DNA of 63,898 nucleotides, the filler included, from Octopus bimaculoides (taxonomy: Eukaryota), in NCBI RefSeq assembly GCF_001194135.2. It is 8 parts of 7 records of this genome, joined end to end, with 100 filler letters (N's around TTAATTAATTAA, not from the genome) between each part and the next. Parts side by side here need not be neighbours in the genome. Positions count along the whole stretch, not along the records: positions 1 to 12,131 come from NC_068987.1; positions 12,232 to 21,497 come from NC_068987.1; positions 21,598 to 40,323 come from NC_068985.1; 5 more parts are not named here. One strand, 5' to 3'. A model generated the notes under the pieces. The model saw only the letters and a list, made by a program, of their open reading frames with translations. It made no database searches and was not told the origin of the DNA. The position numbers and the translations under genes were made by a program. This document shows positions 11,541 through 23,468 of the stretch, in pieces (position 1 is the stretch's first letter; the number at the start of each line of letters is the position of its first letter).

Positions 11541-12131
11541 GTGGATCTAAAGACCAGAAATCAGCGCTTGATGGAACTGAAAGAATTTCTGCTCAAACAA
11601 AAATACCCGTCACTACTTATAGAAAATGGTATTCAGCGGGTTTCGAAAATACCCATACAACAACTGAAGACACCGCAAAGAAGAGAAAAACAAGAAGAAA
11701 TCATACCATTTATAGTGACACACAATCCATGCCACCAGAACATCTTCAATGTCGCTAAAGTGAACATACCAATCCTTGCACAAAGTAAGGAATTGAGAAA
11801 TATCATTATAGATCAAAGTATAACTCTCAGTAAGAGACAACCTAAAAACTTGAAAAAACTATTAACAAAGGCAAGGTTTGACCTCAGCAACAAAAATCAA
11901 ACATTCACTGTGTCCAAATTTAATGATAGCCGATGCGGTACATGCCAATCAATTCATACCGGCCCATATATGAACACAAAAACAGGGAAAATATTCACCA
12001 ATGTGAACATGAACTGCAAAAGTAGAAATCTAATCTACTGCATCAAATGCCCTAATTGTGAAGAACTGTACGTTGGCCAGACAAGTAATGCGCTATCGGA
12101 ACGCTCACGTGTGCATCGACAACAGATTAAA
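11541..12131 (+). mobile_element. Penelope-like element fragment (RT thumb end, CxxC linker, GIY-YIG N-terminus), running into a gap
   Basis: 'LKEFLLKQKYPSLLIENGI', 'IPFIVTHNP', 'RQPKNLKKLLTKARF', 'DSRCGTC', 'MNCKSRNLIYCIKCPNCEELYVGQTSNALSERSRVHRQQI'. Confidence 0.87.
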
Positions 12132-12231
12132 NNNNNNNNNNNNNNNNNNNNNNNNNNNNNNNNNNNNNNNNNNNNTTAATTAATTAANNNNNNNNNNNNN
12201 NNNNNNNNNNNNNNNNNNNNNNNNNNNNNNN

Positions 12232-12290
12232 CCGTTGATCGGATCAACTGGAACCCTCGACGTCGTAAGCGACGGAGTGCCAACAACTGC
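12232..12290 (+). mobile_element. Probable SINE 3' end with two stem-loops
   Basis: Hairpins gttgat-cgg-atcaac and gtcg-taag-cgac, then caacaac. The upstream part is hidden by a gap. Confidence 0.35.
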
Positions 12291-12320
12291 TTGTGTCATT
12301 TATTAAAGAAATTATCGCCA

Positions 12321-12353
<33 letters not shown>

Positions 12354-12358
12354 CGTTC

Positions 12359-12402
<44 letters not shown>

Positions 12403-12811
12403 ACCAGTATTATTGTTGTTCAAGTTAATTTTGTTATTATTGTTACGTTTATTACTGACAATTTGATTTAGAAACTTACTTTAATGTTGTTTTTAATCTT
12501 TAGATCGTATTTTAGACGTTTCTCTGCAACATTTTTTCCCCGTAATCAATCAACATTGCTGCCGAAATTAGACACTAGGGAAACTAATCAATTATATAAT
12601 GACATTATCGTCTGGACAATGGGTAATTACTTAGAGACAAACATACATACATACACACGCGCACACACACACGCACATACACACACACAAAACACACACC
12701 CGTACAGACACTCACACATACACACATAGATAAGTTTGTTCGTTGGTTTTATTTTTGATCTGCCAATATATATATNNNNNNNNNNATGTATGTATGTATG
12801 TATGTATGTAT

Positions 12812-13025
12812 GTATGTATGCGTTTGTGTGTCTGTGTTTGTCACCCCAACATCGCTTGACAGCAGATGCTGGTGTGTTTACGTCCGCGTAACGTAGCGTT
12901 TCAGCAGAACTGACCGATAGAATAAGTACTCGGCTTACAAAGAATAAGTCCTGGGGTCGATTTGCTCGACTAAAGGCGGTGCTCCAGCATAGCCACAGTC
13001 AAATGACTGAAATAAATAAAAGATT
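12812..13025 (+). mobile_element. SINE family A, 3' half
   Basis: 'caacatcgcttgac...gatagaataagtact..gcttacaaagaataagtcctggggtcgatttgctcgactaaaggcggtgctccagcat'. Confidence 0.9.
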
Positions 13026-13037
13026 ACATGAATATAT

Positions 13038-13200
13038 ACAACGGGCTTCTTTCAATTTCCTTATATCCTTCTACCAAATCTATTCACAAGGTTTTGGTGG
13101 GCCCGAGCCTCTAGTAGAAAATACTTGTCCAAGGTACTACGCTCTGGGACTGAAACCGTCACCATGTGGTTGAGAAGCAAGTTTCTTATCACACTGCCAC
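13038..13200 (-). mobile_element. SINE family A, 5' half (degenerate)
   Basis: Similar to 5881-6047. Confidence 0.8.
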
Positions 13201-16200
13201 CTCTGCGCTTATGTATTTATGCCCATATTACGTTCCCATCATAGCTTATTATAGTCCGCTGAGACTCCAAGTCAGCTCAGAAAGATTACTAGGCTTAAGT
13301 GGCCCAATCGGCGTCTATTGGTGTGCTTAAAATATATCTCCATTATCTTTTATCAGCTTTCACGTCGAACGGTAGCCATATTACCCATAGAAATAGCTAC
13401 CGAATCTAATGTCTCGGTGACTTAACTCAAACTTTGAAACACTGGACAGCCAGAAGCACAGACATAAAATGTCTCATAGTACTTATTTGCATATTTGCCA
13501 CAAATATTAGCATCTGCTTTAATTCATATCTATGAAAATTTGCAGCGAGACTAAATTCAAACAAATTTGTTCTTTTTCACTGGAACACTTGAGCCACTGT
13601 TGTCTTTCAATGAGTTTTACTTTCTGTTACTGCTTGNNNNNNNNNNNNNNNNNNNNNNNNNNNNNNNNNNNNNNNNNNNNNNNNNNNNNNNNNNNNNNNN
13701 NNNNNNNNNNNNNNNNNNNNNNNNNNNNNNNNNNNNTACACTATGCAAAGGAACATCACCAATATGTAACTTATGTCTTGAGGAAACCCTAGAGTTCATC
13801 AAATCCCGGGTAAAATATTCCGAATAATCATATCCGAAGTAATTTTATCCGATGTAGACATTCCGTAGTAATCCTATCACGCAAACATAAGATTAAGGCA
13901 ACCTTCCTAGAATTAGAATAGTGTTTTATAAAACAGAGAAACACCAGCTGTCATTTGCATTTAATAGAACAAGAGAACATATAAACAAACACAAAAACAT
14001 GATTTCGCTATGCTATGTCACTGCGCCACTAAACATAATTAAAAGGACCCTTTAAGAGAACAGTATTTGTCAACTGAGGCAATGAATTCAAGGCCAAAAT
14101 AAATTTGCTTCCCGACCATACAAAATCTGAATTCATTCAGGGAGTGCCTGCTGGGACTAAGACCAAAGCAACGAAGTATACTCACCATCCGGTCATCTGA
14201 ACACAAATATCAAAACAAGTGTAGCATCACCACGCAATTCTCCCTATCCTTTATTATTACCATTCCTTTATCTATTTCCATCATCTATTCTCCTCTACCA
14301 AATGCACAGAACTGCCCAGATATCCCAATGAACCTTGTCATTCATGAAAACTGATAAACACCTTTCAGTTATACGTTCGTCATTTCCAACTTTAACGTTA
14401 CATCGCCTGATGAAATGAACGCATGAAGTATGGCCCACCTTAAATCCATGGATATTAAGGTTTGTACAGTAGTCATCCCAGGATACGGACAAACATCGTC
14501 AGAAACGTGATTTTTGCACAAACGCGCGTACCAATGCATTGAAATAGTCATAAATTCCATGCATGGATAATTATTAATACAATGAATATATTCATATATA
14601 AATGTTTATATATATATATATATATATATATAAGCAATGTTAATTCTCTAAATGAAGTATTAACAGTAACTGCACGATAAAGTGTAGTATATTGCCACTT
14701 AAGTGTGGCTGACCCCTAGGGGTGGATGTTACTGTTGCTTTTAGCCCCAGGAGGACATCTNNNNNNNNNNNNNNNNNNNNNNNNNNNNNNNNNNNNNNNN
14801 NNNNNNNNNNNNNNNNNNNNNNNNNNNNNNNNNNNNNNNNNNNNNNNNNNNNNNNNNNNNNNNNNNNNNNNNNNNNNNNNNNNNNNNNNNNNNNNNNNNN
14901 NNNNNNNNNNNNNNNNNNNNNNNNNNNNNNNNNNNNNNNNNNNNNNNNNNNNNNNNNNNNNNNNNNNNNNNNNNNNNNNNNNNNNNNNNNNNNNNNNNNN
15001 NNNNNNNNNNNNNNNNNNNNNNNNNNNNNNNNNNNNNNNNNNNNNNNNNNNNNNNNNNNNNNNNNNNNNNNNNNNNNNNNNNNNNNNNNNNNNNNNNNNN
15101 NNNNNNNNNNNNNNNNNNNNNNNNNNNNNNNNNNNNNNNNNNNNNNNNNNNNNNNNNNNNNNNNNNNNNNNNNNNNNNNNNNNNNNNNNNNNNNNNNNNN
15201 NNNNNNNNNNNNNNNNNNNNNNNNNNNNNNNNNNNNNNNNNNNNNNNNNNNNNNNNNNNNNNNNNNNNNNNNNNNNNNNNNNNNNNNNNNNNNNNNNNNN
15301 NNNNNNNNNNNNNNNNNNNNNNNNNNNNNNNNNNNNNNNNNNNNNNNNNNNNNNNNNNNTATATACTATATTTGGGGTTTACGTTTATGATCCGTTGTGG
15401 TGTAATATGTGTTGTGCCTTACAAAGGGTTGTATTTTATGTTCATCTCTTTCACAGGTTCTGTACATTTCCTTCATGTAAAATAACACTGTGTCTGGTTT
15501 GTGTACTTCCACTCGGTTTCCTCTGATATATTTGTGGTAGTGTATTGTGTCTTTATACTTTAAAGGTTTAGTCCCCTAATCTAAATATCTGTCGTCATTT
15601 TATATCTGTTCTCTATATGCATGCATACATTTATATATATATTCACATATATACACTCTCATCCATATATACATGCATTTACATACGTATGCAGATACAC
15701 GTACATATATATACTTTAACATTATGTATACGATATTTAACAGTACCTCCTTATTTAGGTGTTTTCTATAGCCCCTAAATGTTACCTAATTATTCACTCC
15801 AACCTTTCATTTCGAGTTAGATGTACGCTTTTATGTTCATGAGATTTTTATCGTCACGAACATATCGTGAATGATTTTATTCCATGATGTGAAAATTGCA
15901 AACGATTCGTTCCCTCCATAGACATCTTTTAAAGCGGTTTGATACAGAACCTCTCAGTTTGATAGGATTTTCCGTCCCAGTTGATTTGGTATCCAACCGA
16001 ATGTAACCAGTGGCTATATATATTCATCGTTCACCCACTGATAAAATGGATAACAGTGAAGCAAATGCCATTTTCTTTGAAGAATACATAATAATGACAT
16101 ACTCCTAAGCTTAGATCTATTAACATGGTGTAGGAAATGTGTATACTTTCCTTATTATTTTTCCTTCACGGGAGAGTTATAGCATAAACGAGGAATTATT

Positions 16201-16314
16201 TATGATAACATATTCGGTGAATAATTTGCATGAGATATATTTCGACAAACAAGTTTTCAGATATAGTCTGTGAGACTATATATATGCGTGAATGTTTATG
16301 AGTGTGTGTCTATA

Positions 16315-16347
<33 letters not shown>

Positions 16348-17271
16348 NNNNNNNNNNNNNNNNNNNNNNNNNNNNNNNNNNNNNNNNNNNNNNNNNNNNN
16401 NNNNNNNNNNNNNNNNNNNNNNNNNNNNNNNNNNNNNNNNNNNNNNNNNNNNNNNNNNNNNNNNNNNNNNNNNNNNNNNNNNNNNNNNNNNNNNNNNNNN
16501 NNNNNNNNNNNNNNNNNNNNNNNNNNNNNNNNNNNNNNNNNNNNNNNNNNNNNNNNNNNNNNNNNNNNNNNNNNNNNNNNNNNNNNNNNNNNNNNNNNNN
16601 NNNNNNNNNNNNNNNNNNNNNNNNNNNNNNNNNNNNNNNNNNNNNNNNNNNNNNNNNNNNNNNNNNNNNNNNNNNNNNNNNNNNNNNNNNNNNNNNNNNN
16701 NNNNNNNNNNNNNNNNNNNNNNNNNNNNNNNNNNNNNNNNNNNNNNNNNNNNNNNNNNNNNNNNNNNNNNNNNNNNNNNNNNNNNNNNNNNNNNNNNNNN
16801 NNNNNNNNNNNNNNNNNNNNNNNNNNNNNNNNNNNNNNNNNNNNNNNNNNNNNNNNNNNNNNNNNNNNNNNNNNNNNNNNNNNNNNNNNNNNNNNNNNNN
16901 NNNNNNNNNNNNNNNNNNNNNNNNNNNNNNNNNNNNNNNNNNNNNNNNNNNNNNNNNNNNNNNNNNNNNNNNNNNNNNNNNNNNNNNNNNNNNNNNNNNN
17001 NNNNNNNNNNNNNNNNNNNNNNNNNNNNNNNNNNNNNNNNNNNNNNNNNNNNNNNNNNNNNNNNNNTGGCAGCTGATGAAGGAGATGTTTCTATGGGGCT
17101 TGCTTGTTTGTTGTACCTTGTTTATCATTTTGTCCATATTCTTTTGCCACGTCATGTACCCAGTTATGTATCTATATGTACATGTAGATGAAGGTATGTA
17201 CATACATGTACATATATATGCATATACTCATATATTGTTTATACATACACACACTCTTGTACTTATTTATT

Positions 17272-17460
17272 TTTTTATTGTTTCACTCATTTCACTGCGG
17301 CCATGCTGAAACACCGTCTTAAAAAGTTTTAGGCAACGAAATCGAAACCAGGTCTTATTCTTTGTAAGCCTAATCTTATTGTATCAAGTGTTTTGCCGAA
17401 CAGCTAAGTTACGGGGACAAACACCAGCCTCGGTTGTCAAGCGATGGCGGTGCGCCAAAC
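17272..17460 (-). mobile_element. SINE family A, 3' half
   Basis: 'gcggccatgctg...ttattctttgtaagcc...ctaagttacgggga...ggttgtcaagcgatgg'. Confidence 0.85.
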
Positions 17461-18413
17461 AAAGACACACACACTGACACACAAAAACACACCGACACAC
17501 ACACACACACTGACACACACACACACACAACACACACACACACAGTGGTGCCCAACNNNNNNNNNNNNNNNNNNNNNNNNNNNNNNNNNNNNNNNNNNNN
17601 NNNNNNNNNNNNNNNNNNNNNNNNNNNNNNNNNNNNNNNNNNNNNNNNNNNNNNNNNNNNNNNNNNNNNNNNNNNNNNNNNNNNNNNNNNNNNNNNNNNN
17701 NNNNNNNNNNNNNNNNNNNNNNNNNNNNNNNNNNNNNNNNNNNNNNNNNNNNNNNNNNNNNNNNNNNNNNNNNNNNNNNNNNNNNNNNNNNNNNNNNNNN
17801 NNNNNNNNNNNNNNNNNNNNNNNNNNNNNNNNNNNNNNNNNNNNNNNNNNNNNNNNNNNNNNNNNNNNNNNNNNNNNNNNNNNNNNNNNNNNNNNNNNNN
17901 NNNNNNNNNNNNNNNNNNNNNNNNNNNNNNNNNNNNNNNNNNNNNNNNNNNNNNNNNNNNNNNNNNNNNNNNNNNNNNNNNNNNNNNNNNNNNNNNNNNN
18001 NNNNNNNNNNNNNNNNNNNNNNNNNNNNNNNNNNNNNNNNNNNNNNNNNNNNNNNNNNNNNNNNNNNNNNNNNNNNNNNNNNNNNNNNNNNNNNNNNNNN
18101 NNNNNNNNNNNNNNNNNNNNNNNNNNNNNNNNNNNNNNNNNNNNNNNNNNNNNNNNNNNNNNNNNNNNNNNNNNNNNNNNNNNNNNNNNNNNNNNNNNNN
18201 NNNNNNNNNNNNNNNNNNNNNNNNNNNNNNNNNNNNNNNGACACACACACACTGACACACACACACACTGACACACACCCACACAACACACACACAGACA
18301 GTGGTGCCCAACTGACCTTTCTATACTGTGGAGTTCACAAAATCAAAAATAAGCATACGCATGCGCGAAATAAAAAATGTAAAAACGCGACAATTTACCA
18401 ATCACACCCTGTG

Positions 18414-18457
<44 letters not shown>

Positions 18458-18611
18458 TAGACGGATCCTATATGTGTGCATGTGCTTATAACAGTGTTTC
18501 TGTATGACAGTGTAAATGTATGTACTTATGTAGTTTAAATTGTTTAAAGTCTCAAATATTTCGTATGTAAATAAATATGCCGAAAATATATAACGTAACT
18601 TAAAATATGGT

Positions 18612-18810
18612 TTCAAATTTTGACACAAGGGCTGCAATTTCGGGAGAGGGAGTAAGTCGATTACATCTATCCCAGCATTCAGCTGGTACTTATTTTATCG
18701 GCACCGAAAGGATGAAAGGCAAAATTGATCTCGGTGGGATTTGAACTCAGAAGGTAAAGACAAACGAAATGCCGCTAAGCATTTGCCTGTGGCGGTAACG
18801 ATTCTGCCAG
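18612..18810 (-). mobile_element. tRNA-derived SINE family B (core resembles Nin/Deu-type domain)
   Basis: Reverse complement of 'gctggcagaatcgtt..cc..aggcaaatgcttagcggcattt...gagttcaaat...gcctttcatcctttcgg..cgataaaataagtaccag'. Same family as 55200-55436. Confidence 0.8.
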
Positions 18811-19139
18811 CGAGAAGTAATGCAAGCAACCCTATGAAGTCTGGTTTAAGATATAGATTCTCTCCAATTTACATTAGAAATAAGAGAAAATTTACAGGAC
18901 ATTATCATATAGACTGTTATATCATCTTGTTACTTCATCGTCATTTAATATTTCTCTGATTATTTCTCACTTCGTCCTATTTTTCAATTTAATTTGATTG
19001 AATCTTCGCTGCTCTTCGTCGTCTCTTCCCATCGTTTATACTGCTTAGTATTTCCGGTTAGTGTATTCATTTTTCCTCTATTTTCAGTCATTTCTGCCGT
19101 TCTTTGTTTATTCACCTCATCAAGCTCTTTCTTCAGTTG

Positions 19140-19304
19140 TATATATAAGAGATAAGGAATTATTTACATTATTTACATTTGACTGATATTTGTCCTCATC
19201 TTGTTTGTTGTTAACACAACGTTTCGGCTGATATACCCTCCAGCCTTCATTAGGTGTCTTGGGGAAATTTCAAACCTAGGTTCTTATTCTTAAGGTATTT
19301 TTCG
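19140..19304 (-). mobile_element. Inverted, 5'-truncated copy of the hammerhead-bearing short element
   Basis: About 90% identical (hand count, ~13 differences over ~127 nt) to the reverse complement of 19549-19675. Confidence 0.85.
19214..19257 (-). ncRNA. Minimal type I hammerhead ribozyme motif (core mutated, CUAAUGA)
   Basis: Minus strand reads acac-CTAATGA-a-ggctg-gagggtatat-cagcc-GAAA-cg-tt-gtgt: stem I acac/gtgt, stem II ggctg/cagcc, palindromic stem III ACGU, GUU cleavage triplet. Confidence 0.75.
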
Positions 19305-19419
19305 AGCATATGGCGTAATGGTTAAGACTGTGGGCTACTAACCCCAAGATTCCAAGTTCGATTGGAAGCAGTGACCTGAAAAATAATAATAATAATAATA
19401 ATAATGATAATAATAATGA

Positions 19420-19450
<31 letters not shown>

Positions 19451-19675
19451 AAGAAGAAGAAGAAGAAGAAGAAGAAGAAGAAGAAGAAGAAGAAGAAGAA
19501 GAAGAAGAAGAAGAAGAAGAAGAAGAAGAAGAAGAAGAAGAAGAAGAAGAATGAAAACCCAGGTTCGAAATTTCCCCCAAGACACTTGATGAAGCCTGGA
19601 GGGTATATCAGCCGAAACGTTGTTTTAACAACAAATAAGATGAGGACAAATATCCGTCAAATGCAAATAATGCAA
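19305..19675 (+). mobile_element. tRNA-headed short element (SINE-like) with (AAT)n(AAG)n linker and hammerhead ribozyme
   Basis: A box TGGCGTAATGG (19311-19321), anticodon-like arm gggCTACTAAccc, B box-like AGTTCGATT (19355-19363), microsatellite 19381-19550, then the hammerhead-containing segment. Confidence 0.75.
19582..19625 (+). ncRNA. Minimal type I hammerhead ribozyme motif (core mutated, UUGAUGA)
   Basis: acac-TTGATGA-a-gcctg-gagggtatat-cagcc-GAAA-cg-tt-gttt. The consensus with the inverted copy restores CTGATGA and both stems. Confidence 0.72.
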
Positions 19676-20089
19676 GTTCTTTTTTATTCGGCGCTGTTGC
19701 TTTCTGTCTTTTGTAACCTATATACTTTCATGTTTTCTACTATATCATTTTCCATGATGTCTTTTGCACACATCTAACGCCATGTTCATAAAAAGTCAAT
19801 CTATGACATAAGAGTTAAGGAAAACAATAAATCCTATGCACGGAGGAGCAATCCAGAATATTGTAGGGCTAGTATTTTATATGATGAGAGAAGCAAACTT
19901 CGGTATCGAGAATGTCGTATAAAGAAAATTGAAGACTTCATATAAGTGAAAAATTCAGTTTAGAAGCAGGAAGGAACATTGATTTATCTATTAGACACAA
20001 GGTTCTTACATCTTCAAATATAAGACGACAGTCCTTCAGACTGACTACAAGATATTACAAGCTTTCATTGCATTGATAGGCAAATAATG

Positions 20090-20400
20090 AAAGAGCAAAT
20101 GTATATATGAATTTATTAACGCCAGGATTACATAACTTATTGCTGTGTAGACCACTCAATGAACACAAAAATTTTCCGCTATATGGATATTACGATTCCA
20201 TAAGGAATTAGGAAACCTTATTCCTATGAAGTTGCTTTACAGAATTTGGCATCAGCTACATATAGATATTATGCAAACGTATCACATGAACAGAAGAAAA
20301 ATGGAATTACACGTATTGGAATATATCAGTTAGATAAATATATAAGTGAGATAAAACATCGATCGAGTTTTTGTATTTTATCCTTGTCATCTTCGTAATA
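20090..20400 (+). mobile_element. Possible highly decayed Gypsy/Ginger-like integrase relic
   Basis: 'KELGNLIPMKLLYRIWHQLHIDIM' resembles the integrase N-terminal 'L.P+.....W..+.+D+' segment. It is surrounded by stops. Confidence 0.25.
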
Positions 20401-21037
20401 TTTAGTATTCTTTATATGGTACTAACATTGGGAAATGTTGGAATAAAACGAGTGAAGGAAGAAGAGAATCTAAATTCTATATCCTTTCCCTCGAGCTATA
20501 AGGAATCTGTAAAATGCAACACGTTAAAATAGAAATGCAAAAATTGTAGCTATGTATTTGTGCGAGGATGTAAATAAGATTATGCATGCAGAAATACATG
20601 ATGCTGTATATACAAATTTGGGAAAATATAGCAAGAAAAGAATATGCGCTGGAAAATGAAATATAATAACAAGAATATAATAATGAATGGTATATCCAAA
20701 CAATTCTAATATATAATATATTTTTAATTGTTTAACCCGTTTATTGTGTTGAAAAAAAACCTGCAGTGTATCGGATGAGTTATCTGATATTTTAAGAAAA
20801 TATGTTTGTGTGCAACTTCCTGAATATCTCTGCAGTATAGAATGTGAATTATCAGTGATGATTACAGATTAAAACTCGTGACAGACTTGCAAATAATAAG
20901 CTTATTCTGATTGGTGGATTTCATTGATGAGAGCCAATATAGATGTCATTAACCGAGATATGTGTTGATAAGGAAATGGCTCCGATATAACACATACATA
21001 CATAGAGGCATACACACATATTCGTGCGTGTGGAGGG

Positions 21038-21110
<73 letters not shown>

Positions 21111-21245
21111 GCATGTTTCCCACTAAATCGAAAGCAGGGTTACTCTGAATAATGTATGTGTATAAATGCTTAACTTCCAATGTATAACTTCTAAAGCAGG
21201 TTTATACACTCTCCCGTATATGTATGTATTGTGTCTGTGGGTATG

Positions 21246-21447
21246 TTACTCTTTACTTGTTTCAGTCATTTGACAGTGGCCATGCTGGAGCACCTCCTTT
21301 AGTCAAGCTAATCGACCCCAGGACTTATTCTTTGTAAGCCTAGTACTTATTCTATCAGTCTCTTTGACCGACCCGCTAAGTTACGGGGACGTAAACACAC
21401 CAGCATCGGTTGCCAAGCGATGCTGGGAGGACAAACACAGACACACA
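21246..21447 (-). mobile_element. SINE family A, 3' half
   Basis: High similarity to 43396-43600. Confidence 0.9.
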
Positions 21448-21460
21448 AACATATACATAC

Positions 21461-21497
<37 letters not shown>

Positions 21498-22276
21498 NNN
21501 NNNNNNNNNNNNNNNNNNNNNNNNNNNNNNNNNNNNNNNNNTTAATTAATTAANNNNNNNNNNNNNNNNNNNNNNNNNNNNNNNNNNNNNNNNNNNNATA
21601 TATATATATATATATATTGCACATGACAACTTTTGAATTTTTTAGCAAAAGAGTGAAGCAAAGATGCAACACACAATATTTCACATGCATAAGCTATATA
21701 GCAGAAAGCAGTGACAACTTAGAAGAGAGGAATTAGTGATATCACATTGGCTATTGAAATTTTCTGGCATCATATTCCTGCCAAATACATCTAAGCCTCA
21801 TCAATTCAGAGAAACATATTTCAAAACTCATTGGAATATGATGAAAGCACTCCAAGCATGATGAGTCAAATAGTTCGACTATCTCGTAGTCCAAACTAGG
21901 AATTAAAAATAGACAATAGTTACTCCTTCACTGGTATCTCAATGGTAAATTCATTACATCTCACCCTCATACATATTTTTAAAAAAAGAAAAATAGAAGG
22001 TTTCTTTTGCTTAAATAACACTTTTACTTTTTACATTTTCTTAGTCTGCTAATATGGCAAATTTCTTATAAATATAACTTCTCTTAGATTTTTCTTTGAT
22101 TTGATTTTATCACTCTGTTGAGTAAAATAAGATTTCCTATAATTGCTTCTTTTTATTTATTTATTTATCACTAAATTTGGCAAGCATTACATTGCACTAG
22201 CTTGCAGCAACTAATTTTTTTGTACAAAATAACAGATTTCTGCATGAAAAATTATTAATGCATATTATCTACATGA

Positions 22277-22323
<47 letters not shown>

Positions 22324-22577
22324 GCTCGAAATAGGCAAAGAAGCCTCTGTACACTAAACTAATAAGTAATCAGTAGGATCCATCTATAGAAGTCCATTCC
22401 TATCCATCCATCTGTCTATTAATTAACATGTATGTATGTGTGTGTGTATGTTTGTATATATATATATATATATATACATATATACACACACACATATATA
22501 TAGATATAAACACACACACAGAAACAGATGGATAGAAATTTATTCACACATACACACACATATAGATAGATAGAAAT

Positions 22578-22617
<40 letters not shown>

Positions 22618-22824
22618 GCATATTTATATAACATGTAAATGCATATTTATTCCATATATAGATGCATATATTTTATATATATAGATGTATATATTATATA
22701 TAAAAATGCATATATATATTTATATATAACATATCTGTATAGACACACACACACACACATATATATGTATATGCTTATATATATATATACATATATATAT
22801 ATATAAACATATATGCATGTATAC

Positions 22825-22868
<44 letters not shown>

Positions 22869-23420
22869 ATACAGTAAATATATATATTAAAGGAGTTGAA
22901 GCTGTATGCATATTATTACCCTGAATCTCTGCCTTCACTCTGTCACTATAGCCCCCCCCCCTCTCTCACACATATACTTATATGCTTTGCGTTCTAATAC
23001 ATACATATATATAAGTTGTTTTTTCTTTCTCGAATGCTTGGCTGAACTACAGAAATGTAATTTTTATGCACATAATTCACTTATTTTTGCGGGTATATTC
23101 ATTCATATATGTGTGCGGTCATGCATGTATACTATAAAATACATGACTAAGCACAAATACATGCATGCACAAAGGCAATGTATATATGAACACATAGATG
23201 TATGTAAACATATATATGTATATGTGTGTGTATGGGAAGGGTTTTGTATAAATGCACATATATATATAGATATAAATAGATAGGTATAGTATATATGTGC
23301 ATCTATCTATATATATATATGTGTGTGTGTGTGTAAATATTCATATATGTATACATACATGGAAAGTATTTCAGCAGTACATATTCTATATGTATGTGTG
23401 AACATGCATGCATACATTCA

Positions 23421-23468
<48 letters not shown>

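Noticed and set aside
11541-12131. Selenoprotein-type (Naiad) read-through in the Penelope fragment
   Set aside because: There is no in-frame TGA in the visible part and the upstream stop is TAA. The hidden 3' part cannot be assessed.
12176-12187. TTAATTAATTAA islands between N-runs (also at ~21542, 40368, 44015, 54896, 57682, 62816)
   Set aside because: An identical 12-mer is always flanked by ~50 Ns on both sides. It is a scaffolding spacer with stops in all frames, not biological sequence.
17069-17150. CTGATGA followed by T-rich pLTR-like sequence next to a gap
   Set aside because: No GAAA with a complementary stem II was found downstream, so a hammerhead cannot be supported.
19322-19589. 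Poly-Arg, poly-Leu and poly-Ser ORFs
   Set aside because: They are reading frames of the (AAG)n microsatellite inside the hammerhead element.
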